Origin: an archaeon
Lineage (GTDB): Archaea > B1Sed10-29 > JAVZDC01
Direction: 5' to 3'
DNA length: 64,000 nt
NCBI GenBank assembly: GCA_038874115.1
Contig: JAVZDC010000002.1
Span: 39,185-103,184, forward strand
Under the pieces are notes generated by a model. The model was given only the letters and a program-made list of their open reading frames with translations. It was not told where the DNA came from and did not search any database. A program made the position numbers and the translations under genes. Below, one piece after another: positions 27,977-37,311 of the stretch. How positions within the stretch are numbered: position 1 is the first letter of the stretch; each line of letters begins with the position of its first letter.

Positions 27977-28549
27977 TTACCCTTCGATACTTTTAACCTT
28001 ATATATCTCGACTTTTCTTATAGGAACTATTTTCTTAATAGAATTGTATATCTCGCTACTTAATTCTCCATATATGCTCTTCTTTATAAACTCTTCAAAA
28101 GTCATGCTTAATGCTTTATCTTTCAAAACAGCCATCATTATTTTTCGCACATCTTGCTGTTTGTTTGTATCCGTTCTGGCTTTGGTTATGGCATACGCAG
28201 TTACTCTAATTTTTTTACCCTCTTTCAAATCAAGCTCAAGAATCGCTCTAATCGCACTCCTCCTTCTTCTTATATGTCTTTTCATGTATTCTCGTAATAA
28301 CTCAAAACCTTCTAATCTAGTATATGCAGTTTTACCTTTTACATCTACTATTCTGAAAAATAAATCTATAAACTGATGGTTTAAATTGTTAGTAAAGTGC
28401 TTAAGTGGAACTTTTACAACCCTGCTCAAAAGTTTTGTGTCCTCGTCTGCAGGAACCAAACCTATCTCTTTTTCTTCAAAATCTTTAGTCGCAATTACAG
28501 AATACCATTCTTTCTTCCAGCCAGCAGCTTTTCTTTTCTTAACCGCCAT
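27977..28549 (-). CDS. rps3ae: 30S ribosomal protein S3Ae (eS1)
   Basis: MAVKKRKAAGWKKEWYSVIA..., typical eS1. Confidence 0.9.
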   Translation of the reverse strand: MAVKKRKAAGWKKEWYSVIATKDFEEKEIGLVPADEDTKLLSRVVKVPLKHFTNNLNHQFIDLFFRIVDVKGKTAYTRLEGFELLREYMKRHIRRRRSAIRAILELDLKEGKKIRVTAYAITKARTDTNKQQDVRKIMMAVLKDKALSMTFEEFIKKSIYGELSSEIYNSIKKIVPIRKVEIYKVKSIEG

Positions 28550-28553
28550 TTTC

Positions 28554-28970
28554 TCACTCTTTCACAATCATTTTTATTTTTTCTATATCGTAATACCAAT
28601 CGTCTGGAATCCGACCAACGCCTTTATAATATCTCACAAGTCTTTTTATTTTGGATTCTATTATCCTTAAGTTTCTACGATTGCGTACATCTTTTTTATT
28701 CTTTTCTAAATGTTTCGCAACTCTTACCGCTTTTTTAAATAAACTAATCAAATCTTCAGGCCAAGAATTCAAAAGACCTTTTTCTTTTAACGTTTGAGAT
28801 ATGGATTTACCTGTTGCTTCTTTCACATCAGGTATCCCGTATTGATCCCTTAAAATCATTCCTATTTCGCTCTGGCTTTTTCCAGACTTTGCAAACTCGC
28901 AAATAAGATCGATTATTTCTTCTTGTTGATATTCTGTTTTTCTTTTTCTTGAAACTAGTTTCTTTGGCAT
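28554..28970 (-). CDS. rps15: 30S ribosomal protein S15 (uS15/S13e type)
   Basis: GMILRDQYGIPDVK and C-terminal S15 helices. ATG 28970 (MPKKLVSRKRK) matches archaeal N-termini. The TATA at 29071-29064 predicts a TSS downstream of track start 29054. Confidence 0.85.
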   Translation of the reverse strand: MPKKLVSRKRKTEYQQEEIIDLICEFAKSGKSQSEIGMILRDQYGIPDVKEATGKSISQTLKEKGLLNSWPEDLISLFKKAVRVAKHLEKNKKDVRNRRNLRIIESKIKRLVRYYKGVGRIPDDWYYDIEKIKMIVKE

Positions 28971-29091
28971 ACAACCACTTAAAACGGCCTGCGCGTGTTC
29001 AATCGCAGCCTTTACTGGAGAAGTTTTGAACACTTCTGTATAATACATATTCATGAAAGCAACTATATAAACCTTTGCTTTGGTAAAATAC

Positions 29092-30357
29092 TTATTCGTA
29101 TCTTAATGCTTCTACTGGTTCCAAACTAGCTGCTTTTTTTGCAGGCAGTGCACCAGCAACTACTGCTGTGAATACTGAAATTATCAACGCAATTATTAAT
29201 AATTCTGGAGTAATGATTGGACCATAGGTTTGCATTCTACCTGCCGCGATTTGCATCATCCCCCAGTTTTCACCCAAGATTCCTGAAGCAATAAATCCGG
29301 CAAAAATTCCAACAACCCCCCCGATTATGCCTAGAAGAGCAGACTCAAACGCAAATATTTTTAAAATATCTGAGCTACTTGCGCCGATGGCTTTCAAAGT
29401 CCCAATCTCTTTTGTTCTTTCCAATACCGATGCATACATTGTATTTGCTATCCCTATCGCACCGACTAAAAGAGAGATGGATGCTATTCCAAGCAAAAAA
29501 ACATTAAGGAGCAACATTATTGAAGACACAGTATTTTGAATGTAGCTTGGAGTTATTACTGTAAAATCCTGATTTTTCTCAGATAAGCGATGCAAAATTC
29601 TTAACTTTTCCGCAACTTTTTCACCCACAACATCCGGATCTTTTGTTTCATCGACTTTTATTTGTATGAGTGAAAACTCATTCTGTTTGAGCGGAGTAGT
29701 CATCACATTTCGTGCTTGTTCGGAAGTCATAAATATTGAATTATCATACATCATGCTCCCTATGGAACCTCCGGTTCTTTCAAATATCCCAACAACTTTG
29801 AAACTTTTGTTTCCGATTTTTATCTCGGATCCTATTGGAATCTTTTTAGAAAAAATTTCTTTAGCAACCCTGTATCCTAAAACTACTGCAGCTTTGTCTG
29901 CTTTAGTCAATTCTCGTCCTTCTACTATTTTGATTGTAGAAATTTCCTTAGCTACTTCAGGGTCTATTCCATACATTTGAAGAGAGACGTTTTCCCCGCC
30001 ATATTGGATATTTACTCTGCCGGTAATAACTCCTTGAGCAGCCTTTACTCCTACAAGGTTTTTAACGACTTTTAAATCATTTTCATTTAAATTAGTAGTA
30101 GATGTAGGGATCCTAAAGAAAGATAATTGTTGGATTCCGGATCTAGCAGCTCTTTCAGATCCGGGAAGAACATATATTACATCATTCCCCAAATAATTTA
30201 ATTCAGTGGTTATTGCTTTCTGCATTCCTTGGCCTAAAGATAAAATTCCAACAATAGCCGCGATACCTATCACTATTCCAAGTATCGTAAGCAGGCTCCT
30301 TATTTTCTTTTGTTTAATATGCTTTATTGCAAGTACTAAAAGATCTAAATTTTTCAT
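29092..30357 (-). CDS. ABC transporter permease (FtsX/MacB-type)
   Basis: N-terminal TM, large extracytoplasmic domain, C-terminal FtsX 3-TM module (EIGTLKAIGAS). Confidence 0.85.
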   Translation of the reverse strand: MKNLDLLVLAIKHIKQKKIRSLLTILGIVIGIAAIVGILSLGQGMQKAITTELNYLGNDVIYVLPGSERAARSGIQQLSFFRIPTSTTNLNENDLKVVKNLVGVKAAQGVITGRVNIQYGGENVSLQMYGIDPEVAKEISTIKIVEGRELTKADKAAVVLGYRVAKEIFSKKIPIGSEIKIGNKSFKVVGIFERTGGSIGSMMYDNSIFMTSEQARNVMTTPLKQNEFSLIQIKVDETKDPDVVGEKVAEKLRILHRLSEKNQDFTVITPSYIQNTVSSIMLLLNVFLLGIASISLLVGAIGIANTMYASVLERTKEIGTLKAIGASSSDILKIFAFESALLGIIGGVVGIFAGFIASGILGENWGMMQIAAGRMQTYGPIITPELLIIALIISVFTAVVAGALPAKKAASLEPVEALRYE

Positions 30358-30359
30358 CT

Positions 30360-31241
30360 TTATCTTCTCATTTTTTTATAAATAAAAATGAGAAATAATA
30401 TCCCAAGTATGCCCAAGCCTCCAATAGATATGTATGTCCAATCAGACTTAGTTGCTGTTTTATTCGAGACTTTAAGTTCTTTTTTACTTAGTTCGGGGTT
30501 AATCTCAATTTTTTTATATATTGTCCTTCGTTCCGATGTTTGATCCGTGTATGTTATTTCGATGCTTATGTTCCCACTTTTTAATATTCTTGAAAAAGAA
30601 AAAGAAGCTAAAGTATATTCTCCAGGATCCAATGTACCTATGACTTGAGAATTTTGTACTAATTCGATTATATCGTTAGCATCCATTATTTTTACTATCG
30701 TTGCTGAGGCAGGGTTTGCTCCAGTGTTTACTAACGCCAAAGTTAAACTTTCATTATCCATTTCCTGTAAAATTACTTCGAAGTCCGTTTTTGGGTCTTT
30801 TACATTTATTTTAAACTCTCTTTCATAATACACCTTTGGGTATCCCTCGACTTTATAACCGTACCTCACTTTTAATATATTATCTCCTTTAGGTGCATTT
30901 TTATCAACGTTCAAAGTAAATTTTATAAGTTGTGCATTTTCTTTCGTTTGCAGTCCCCCTAATGTTCCGACTTCATAAAAACCTCCGGTGCTTTGGTCAA
31001 CTTTGAATGGAAAACTTTCCAAGATTTCTAAAGTTAAATTTTCAACAGGAACTCCACCATAATTTTCTAATTTGAATAAAACATCTACTTTGCTGCCCGG
31101 TTCTGCAGGATACGGATTCTGATTCACCAAGTTTAATTTTATGTTTGGGCTATTTACGACTATCGATTCATTCTGCGCGCTTAAACCCGAGCAAATCAAA
31201 AAACATAGCCAAATTGCAACTAATGTAGTTAATTGTTTCAT
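30360..31241 (-). CDS. secreted CARDB/COG1361-like beta-sandwich protein with C-terminal TM anchor
   Basis: Signal peptide LVAIWLCFLICSGLSAQ, NPYPAEPGSKVDVLFKLENYGGVPVENLTLEI pattern, C-terminal TM ISIGGLGILGILFLIFIY. Confidence 0.65.
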   Translation of the reverse strand: MKQLTTLVAIWLCFLICSGLSAQNESIVVNSPNIKLNLVNQNPYPAEPGSKVDVLFKLENYGGVPVENLTLEILESFPFKVDQSTGGFYEVGTLGGLQTKENAQLIKFTLNVDKNAPKGDNILKVRYGYKVEGYPKVYYEREFKINVKDPKTDFEVILQEMDNESLTLALVNTGANPASATIVKIMDANDIIELVQNSQVIGTLDPGEYTLASFSFSRILKSGNISIEITYTDQTSERRTIYKKIEINPELSKKELKVSNKTATKSDWTYISIGGLGILGILFLIFIYKKMRR

Positions 31242-31951
31242 TTTCTTTCACCCCATACTATTTTTTCTTCCAATGCATGGTCTTTTACAATCTTTCCATC
31301 CTTCAAAAACATTTTTTTCTTAGCTTTGTTAGCAATTTCTGGATCATGAGTAATTATTATAATGGTTTTTCCCTCCTTATAAATTTTTTTAAATAAGTCC
31401 ATAATTTCTTTTCCAGATTTTGAATCTAAGTTTCCTGTAGGTTCGTCAGCCAAGATTATCGGAGGATCATTAGCCAAGGCCCTAGCTATTGCCACTCTTT
31501 GTCTTTCTCCGCCAGATAACTGAGCTGGATAATGTTTTTCTCTTGCTTCCAACCCCACTTTTTTCAGGAGATGCCTTGCCCTTTCTTCTCTTTGTTTTTT
31601 AGGTATATTTTTAAATATCATCGGTAATTCCACATTTTCTAAAGCAGTAAGAGCCGCATATAAATTAAAAAATTGAAACACGAACCCAATTTTTTCATTC
31701 CGTATTTTTGCAAGTTCTTTTTCAGAAAGCTTTGAAACTTCTTTATCTTCCAAGTAGACTTTTCCAGAGCTTGGTTTATCCAATACCCCTAGAATATTAA
31801 GCAAAGTAGATTTTCCAGATCCGCTCGGCCCTAAAATAGCAATAAAATCTCCTTTTTTGACTTCAAAATTTATATCCTGAAGAGCTACTACTTCCACAGA
31901 ATCCATTTTATAAACTTTATTCACCCTTTCCAATCTTATCAGTGAATTCAT
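31238..31951 (-). CDS. ABC transporter ATP-binding protein (MacB/LolD-like)
   Basis: Walker A GPSGSGKST, signature LSGGERQR, Walker B ILADEPTGNLD. ATG 31951 preferred over 31969. Confidence 0.9.
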   Translation of the reverse strand: MNSLIRLERVNKVYKMDSVEVVALQDINFEVKKGDFIAILGPSGSGKSTLLNILGVLDKPSSGKVYLEDKEVSKLSEKELAKIRNEKIGFVFQFFNLYAALTALENVELPMIFKNIPKKQREERARHLLKKVGLEAREKHYPAQLSGGERQRVAIARALANDPPIILADEPTGNLDSKSGKEIMDLFKKIYKEGKTIIIITHDPEIANKAKKKMFLKDGKIVKDHALEEKIVWGERK

Positions 31952-31958
31952 TTTATCA

Positions 31959-32555
31959 CTAACGAGCATAACGAGCTCTCTTTTTTATTTCCTCCATTCT
32001 TTTTAAAACTTCTTTAGATTTTTTCCAAGAATAGCCAGTTAAAAATTTGTCCCAGATTTCATCGAATTTTTTCCAATGAGTACTAATTAACATTTTTTCA
32101 AAGACTAAAAGATCCATCGCAAAATCTTCTACGTCTTTAGAGAAAAAACTTAATCCAAAATCGATAAAATAAGGATCATCATCTTTTATTAATATATTTG
32201 AAGTAGTTAAATCTCCATGAACTATACCATTTTCATGCATTTTTGCAACTGCTCTTCCAACTTTTTCAAAAATCCAAACAGTATCCTCCGCAATATCTTT
32301 CAATTTGCAACCTTCTATTTTTTCTAAAACGATAGTCTTTTCTTTTAAATCAATTTCAAGTATTCTTGGCACACGAATAATTTCATAAGCTTTGGAGATC
32401 ACATAAGCTTCTTCTTTAGTCCTTTCAGACCTTATTTTTTCATCAATCTCTTTTATCCTATACTTTTTAGGTATTCTTTTTTTTATGATCGTCGGTATTC
32501 CTAGATAATTTCCATCGAATATTTTAGCCTCTGCCCCAATGTATATTAATTTCAT
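31959..32555 (-). CDS. bud32: Bud32 (KEOPS complex atypical kinase)
   Basis: MKLIYIGAEAKIF.., catalytic GIVHGDLTTSNILI and FIDFGLS. GTGA-N5-ATG 32555 preferred over track start 32591. Confidence 0.85.
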   Translation of the reverse strand: MKLIYIGAEAKIFDGNYLGIPTIIKKRIPKKYRIKEIDEKIRSERTKEEAYVISKAYEIIRVPRILEIDLKEKTIVLEKIEGCKLKDIAEDTVWIFEKVGRAVAKMHENGIVHGDLTTSNILIKDDDPYFIDFGLSFFSKDVEDFAMDLLVFEKMLISTHWKKFDEIWDKFLTGYSWKKSKEVLKRMEEIKKRARYAR

Positions 32556-32559
32556 TTTT

Positions 32560-32916
32560 TCACTCATAATGAACCAAAGAAATAGATACATCCTCTTGAG
32601 TTAAATTTTCATATCTGCAATCGTTTATCTTTATTTGAGCTTGGTTTACTCCTTTCGGCAATACTTCACCAACGACAACATTCTGTGTGAAGTTTAGAAA
32701 AGATACTCTAATCACAGTATTTTTTGCAGACAAATCTCCATCATTGGATACTATTCCAATTATTGTAATGTTGCAACCATTTTTCATAAAACTTTTCTCA
32801 ACTTTCAAGATCGGTTTAGTTTCTTTCATTTCAAATAATCCGCCAAAATTTATTCCCGAAATTAAAAGCATTGCGACTATCGCGAGTAAAATTATAGTTG
32901 TCACTTCTTTATACAT
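32560..32916 (-). CDS. small N-terminally anchored protein with one CARDB-like module
   Basis: 118 aa with TM IILLAIVAMLLISGINFGGLF, then NITIIGIVSNDGDLSAKNTVIRVSF. Confidence 0.5.
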   Translation of the reverse strand: MYKEVTTIILLAIVAMLLISGINFGGLFEMKETKPILKVEKSFMKNGCNITIIGIVSNDGDLSAKNTVIRVSFLNFTQNVVVGEVLPKGVNQAQIKINDCRYENLTQEDVSISLVHYE

Positions 32917-33611
32917 TCTTCCCCGCCCTCCTGAGTTCTTATTAATACTTCCTCATTTTTAAATAATTTTGCTAATTCCATCATTTCAAGTCTACTTGGG
33001 ATTCTAGAGTTCAGATTTGGGTCTAGAGTCCCATTTTCAGGAGTAAACTGTTCTAACACCACTCTTTTTGCATCTTCCAACTCTTTGCTTAACTTTGGAA
33101 TCATCGAATCATTTAGTCCAGGCACCACCGGAATTCTTATTTCATAATTTAATTTACTTTTCAAAAGGATCTCATAACTTTCTCTAACTTTTTCAGCAAC
33201 TTTGAATCCTGAAACTCTCTCATAACTTAGATCATCTAGATTTGCTTTTATATCTAAAGCAACAAAGTCTAAATTTTTTAAACATTCTCGCAAAACTTCC
33301 GGATAAGTTCCATTTGTATCTAGTTTTACTTGAAATTTTTTTTCTTTAAGTAATTTAATTAATTCTTTAAGTTCTTCGCCCTGGAAGCAGGGTTCACCTC
33401 CAGATATCGTGATTGCGTTGACAAATTCTCGATATTTTATAAAACGTGCCACAATATCATCTATAGGTATTTCTTTGAATTGGTTTCCTATCACCAAGGG
33501 CCAATTAAAACAAAATTTGCATCTTAGGTTGCAACCAAACAAAAATAAAACTGAACAAAGTTTGTTTGGATAATCTACAGTTGACATTTCAAGATATCCG
33601 CCAACTTTCAT
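32901..33611 (-). CDS. nrdG: anaerobic ribonucleoside-triphosphate reductase activating protein (radical SAM)
   Basis: STVDYPNKLCSVLFLFGCNLRCKFCFNW cluster motif; adjacent to nrdD. Confidence 0.85.
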   Translation of the reverse strand: MKVGGYLEMSTVDYPNKLCSVLFLFGCNLRCKFCFNWPLVIGNQFKEIPIDDIVARFIKYREFVNAITISGGEPCFQGEELKELIKLLKEKKFQVKLDTNGTYPEVLRECLKNLDFVALDIKANLDDLSYERVSGFKVAEKVRESYEILLKSKLNYEIRIPVVPGLNDSMIPKLSKELEDAKRVVLEQFTPENGTLDPNLNSRIPSRLEMMELAKLFKNEEVLIRTQEGGEECIKK

Positions 33612-33613
33612 TT

Positions 33614-33973
33614 TTATCCCAGATATTCCTGAATCTTTTTCTTTAATTCTTCTTTTCCAGGAGTGTCACCAATAAAAACAGGCTCCCCATTTATCACTAT
33701 CGAAGGCACAGATGCAACTTGATGAGTAAGCGCCTCAAGAATAACATCCTCACCAACCACTGCGGCAGGAATGTTTTTTATTAATGATTCATCAGCCACC
33801 AAATAATACTTTGTTCCCTCAATATCTTTTTCCCCGGTTTCTTGGCAATCTATAATTTTTTCTATAAAATCTTTACCTTCTACAAGGCCTAATTCCGAGC
33901 AAGCTTCTCTTAAATTTTTTCTAACTGTTGGGCATTTCGGGCAGTGAATTCCAGTGTAAAGTATAATTTTCAT
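33614..33973 (-). CDS. glutaredoxin/NrdH-like small redoxin
   Basis: Thioredoxin fold with MKIILYTGIHCPKCP active site; sits between nrdD and nrdG. Confidence 0.7.
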   Translation of the reverse strand: MKIILYTGIHCPKCPTVRKNLREACSELGLVEGKDFIEKIIDCQETGEKDIEGTKYYLVADESLIKNIPAAVVGEDVILEALTHQVASVPSIVINGEPVFIGDTPGKEELKKKIQEYLG

Positions 33974-36291
33974 AAATCATACCTTCGTCTATCTATTAAT
34001 TCTTGTTTTTTACTTTTGTTCCATCCTTTAACATTTTGATAATATCCAGTTATTCTAGACCACCATTGAATCGATTTTGATCCGCAATAAGGGCATGTGA
34101 ATTTTAATCCAGGAATAAATTTTTTACAAGAATCACAGACACTAAAGTCTTTAGTGTATGCCATGTATTGAATCGCAGTTTTTTTCGCAATTTTTTCAGT
34201 TAATTCAGTTAAAGCAGAAGCGTTTGAAAAAGCATCCGTCAACCAAACATGAGACATTGCTCCTCCATCAGTCAACGGATGAAAAGACCCTTCTATCTTT
34301 AATCTTTCCCATAGAGGGATATCAGCACTTGGTCTAACGTGGAATGAATTGGTGTAGTAAATCCCATCGTCTTTTCCTTGAACTATTGCTTTTTCCCCAA
34401 ATCTTTTTTTATCAATTTTTGCAAATCTTCCAGCAGTAGATTCTGCAGGAGTTCTTGCTAAAGCGTAGTTTAATCCATCTTCTTCTCTCATTTCGGCTAT
34501 TCTTTTTTTCACATATTGCATTATTTTTAATCCGAACAACCAAGCACTTTTACTTTCATGTAATTCGTATCCCGTGCATGCTTTAACCATTTCATTCATA
34601 CCAACTATTCCAAAAGTATAACTCTGCTTACTTGGTTCTAAGTATCTTTCCCCTTTTTCATTAATCTTTTGAGATAAGAATGGCAATAATCCAATTTCTA
34701 AATTCCTTTCAATGATTTCTTTTTTTAACTTCAATATTTTTCTTCCTTTTTCCAATCTATCATCTATTATTTCATAAACATTGCTTTCTTCTTTAGATAA
34801 ATAACCTATTTGTGGTAAGTTTATCGAGACAACTTGCATGCTTCCCCCACGTATTGTGCCATTTTGCACATCTTCCATATCTGCGCTTTTATCTAAGGGC
34901 ATCAAGTAAGAACAGCATTGATAACAAGAGAATTCCGGCATGTATGGTTGATGAATGATGTAATAGGGGGTTCCAAATTTAGCTGAAAGATGACTTATTT
35001 TGTTTATAATTTCTATGTCTTCTAGATTTGAAAAGTACTCCGGATATATCTGAATTTCAAATTTTGGGAAGTTAAAAGGTTTTCCTATGTAATCTCCGCC
35101 TTCGTATATATCAATAAATGCGTTTAACAAAGTTCTAGCTTCTTCTTCATAATCAGCATAAGTTCCAACAATTTTTCCTCCGAGACCTATGGCTGGAACA
35201 TCTCTTAAAAATTTTGGAACGCGGATGTCTAGATCGATAGAAGAGAAGACCATCTGTCCTCCTCTAGCAACATACATTTGTGACATTTCATAAACAAACA
35301 ATTGTGCACATTGTTTAATTTTTTTATAATCTTCACCTCTTAGAAGAGGGGCTAGAAAAACGTTGAAATATGAGTATCCTTGGCCTCCACCGCAATTGAC
35401 TTGCGAGCTTGCAAGAACTTTAGCTGCTTGTATGAATGCAACTTCAGGGTGTTTCGCTGGCCCAGCTATCGCAGTATGGTTTCCAACCCCGTCCACTTTC
35501 AATCCATTCTTCAAGAAAAATCTTATATCATGAGAAAAACAGAAAGGACGAGTAATAAAATAATCTAAATCATGTATATGTATGGCTCCATTTATATGAG
35601 CATCACGCAATTCTTTTGGAATCCATCTTATCAACGCATATTCTTTTGCAACCTGATCTGCAAAAAACTTGTGGATTGTTTCTGGATTGTATTGAAGATT
35701 AGCATTTTCATCGCAACCTTTTAGCAGTAAAGAAGTTATATCATAAACAGGCATTCCAACTCGAACATACATACGATAATACTCTTCCAACCCTCTTTCC
35801 AAAAGTTTCACATTTGTTAATTCTCGAATCAAAGCACTAGTTACATTTTCTATTTTTGAAGTTTTAATAAATCTTTCAACTTCCTTCGCAATTTCTTTAG
35901 CTGTTTTTTCATCTAAGCCAGTTTCAATCATTAAAGAGTTTACAATTTTCATTGGATCGAATTCTTCATAAGTAAGAGATGATGTTTGAACGTATATCTG
36001 CCCACCCTTCAACTTTTTTGCGCTCTCAGGAAATTTATCTTTAATTAAAGCATAAATCAGAGGGCGAACTTCGGACATCTTCACTCTAGAATCAACAATA
36101 GCATCAATCTCATTCGCTATTTTTACAGCTTCTTCTTCCGGTACTCCGCAGCTAATGCATTCTTCAATCGTGCGCTTCTTAGAGTAATTCTCTGTTTTAG
36201 CAATCCAATAACTTAGTTTTGTTTTGTCTTGACTATAAAATTCTTCTGTCGCATTTATTAATCGAGAAGAAGAAATTTTTGAAACAACCAT
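33970..36291 (-). CDS. nrdD: anaerobic (class III) ribonucleoside-triphosphate reductase
   Basis: 773 aa with N-terminal ATP-cone-like region, C-terminal Zn site CDSCKKF..CPYCG and glycyl-radical region RITGYYQNV. Confidence 0.9.
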   Translation of the reverse strand: MVVSKISSSRLINATEEFYSQDKTKLSYWIAKTENYSKKRTIEECISCGVPEEEAVKIANEIDAIVDSRVKMSEVRPLIYALIKDKFPESAKKLKGGQIYVQTSSLTYEEFDPMKIVNSLMIETGLDEKTAKEIAKEVERFIKTSKIENVTSALIRELTNVKLLERGLEEYYRMYVRVGMPVYDITSLLLKGCDENANLQYNPETIHKFFADQVAKEYALIRWIPKELRDAHINGAIHIHDLDYFITRPFCFSHDIRFFLKNGLKVDGVGNHTAIAGPAKHPEVAFIQAAKVLASSQVNCGGGQGYSYFNVFLAPLLRGEDYKKIKQCAQLFVYEMSQMYVARGGQMVFSSIDLDIRVPKFLRDVPAIGLGGKIVGTYADYEEEARTLLNAFIDIYEGGDYIGKPFNFPKFEIQIYPEYFSNLEDIEIINKISHLSAKFGTPYYIIHQPYMPEFSCYQCCSYLMPLDKSADMEDVQNGTIRGGSMQVVSINLPQIGYLSKEESNVYEIIDDRLEKGRKILKLKKEIIERNLEIGLLPFLSQKINEKGERYLEPSKQSYTFGIVGMNEMVKACTGYELHESKSAWLFGLKIMQYVKKRIAEMREEDGLNYALARTPAESTAGRFAKIDKKRFGEKAIVQGKDDGIYYTNSFHVRPSADIPLWERLKIEGSFHPLTDGGAMSHVWLTDAFSNASALTELTEKIAKKTAIQYMAYTKDFSVCDSCKKFIPGLKFTCPYCGSKSIQWWSRITGYYQNVKGWNKSKKQELIDRRRYDL

Positions 36292-36330
36292 ATTTTTTAA
36301 TAAGTTCTAGGATATAAATCTTTTCTTGAT

Positions 36331-37308
36331 TTATGAGCAAAACTTTTTTCTCCAAAAAATTTCTACCTGGTCTGTTCTCCAACTTGGGTTTATTTTTATA
36401 TTTTCCGGATTTTTATGAGATAGTTTTCCAACTAATGCAATCATTGCTCCATTGTCTCCATTATATTCTGGCGGCAAAACTCCAAATTTTGCTTTATGTT
36501 CCAAACACATTTCTTGAAGCATTTCTCTAAGTCTTTTGTTTGATGCTACTCCTCCAACGAGTAAAACACTCTTTTTCTTTGTATGAGCAAGCGCTCTTTC
36601 ACTAACTTCCACTAGCATGCTAAAAACTGTTTCTTGAAAAGAATAACAAAGATCTTCAAGCGGAAAGTCTTTCGATTTTTTTATTGCGGCCGTCACGATT
36701 CCAGAATAAACAATATCCATCCCTTTTACTGAATATGGAAGTTCAATGTATTTTTTCCCTTTTTTAGCAAGATTTTCGATATCAGGTCCAGCAATTCCAG
36801 ACAAGCCAATTTCTCGCCCAAATTTATCAAGAGCGTTCCCAAGACCGATATCCAACGTCTCCCCAAAAATTCTATATTTTCCATCCTCATATCCGAGTAT
36901 TTGCGTATTTCCACCAGAAACATAAACTACAAGCGGATCTTTGAACTTACATACGAACCTCCCAATTTCTATATGCGCTATGCAATGGTTTACTGGAACT
37001 AATTTCGCACCGATTTTTTCACATATTGATTTTGCGAAAGAATAACCAACTAAAAGACAAGGCGGCAGCCCAGGACCAGCAGAATACGCAACTACATCAA
37101 AATCCTCCAATCCCTTTCCACTTTTTTGTAAAGCTCTTTCCAAAACTTTTTCTTTAACCTCTTCATGATGTTTTGCAGCTTCTTTCGGATCTATTCCCTT
37201 GCTTGGTTCTAGTTTTATAACATCTTTTTCATTCGCCAATATTTTCTTATTTTCAATTACTCCGACACCAAAAGTATGAGCCGTGCTTTCTATCCCAAGA
37301 CACAGCAT
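36331..37308 (-). CDS. kae1: tRNA N6-adenosine threonylcarbamoyltransferase Kae1
   Basis: MLCLGIESTAHTFGVGV.., metal-binding HCIAHIE, C-terminal GDNGAMIA. Confidence 0.9.
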   Translation of the reverse strand: MLCLGIESTAHTFGVGVIENKKILANEKDVIKLEPSKGIDPKEAAKHHEEVKEKVLERALQKSGKGLEDFDVVAYSAGPGLPPCLLVGYSFAKSICEKIGAKLVPVNHCIAHIEIGRFVCKFKDPLVVYVSGGNTQILGYEDGKYRIFGETLDIGLGNALDKFGREIGLSGIAGPDIENLAKKGKKYIELPYSVKGMDIVYSGIVTAAIKKSKDFPLEDLCYSFQETVFSMLVEVSERALAHTKKKSVLLVGGVASNKRLREMLQEMCLEHKAKFGVLPPEYNGDNGAMIALVGKLSHKNPENIKINPSWRTDQVEIFWRKKFCS

Positions 37309-37311
37309 ATT

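Noticed and set aside
28971-29054. 28-codon N-terminal extension of S15 (MNMYYTEVFKTSPVKAAIEHAQAVLSGC).
   Set aside because: It has no counterpart in archaeal S15 N-termini. The TATA box position predicts transcription starting downstream of these ATGs. I treat it as a leader (see finding), though coding cannot be excluded without data.
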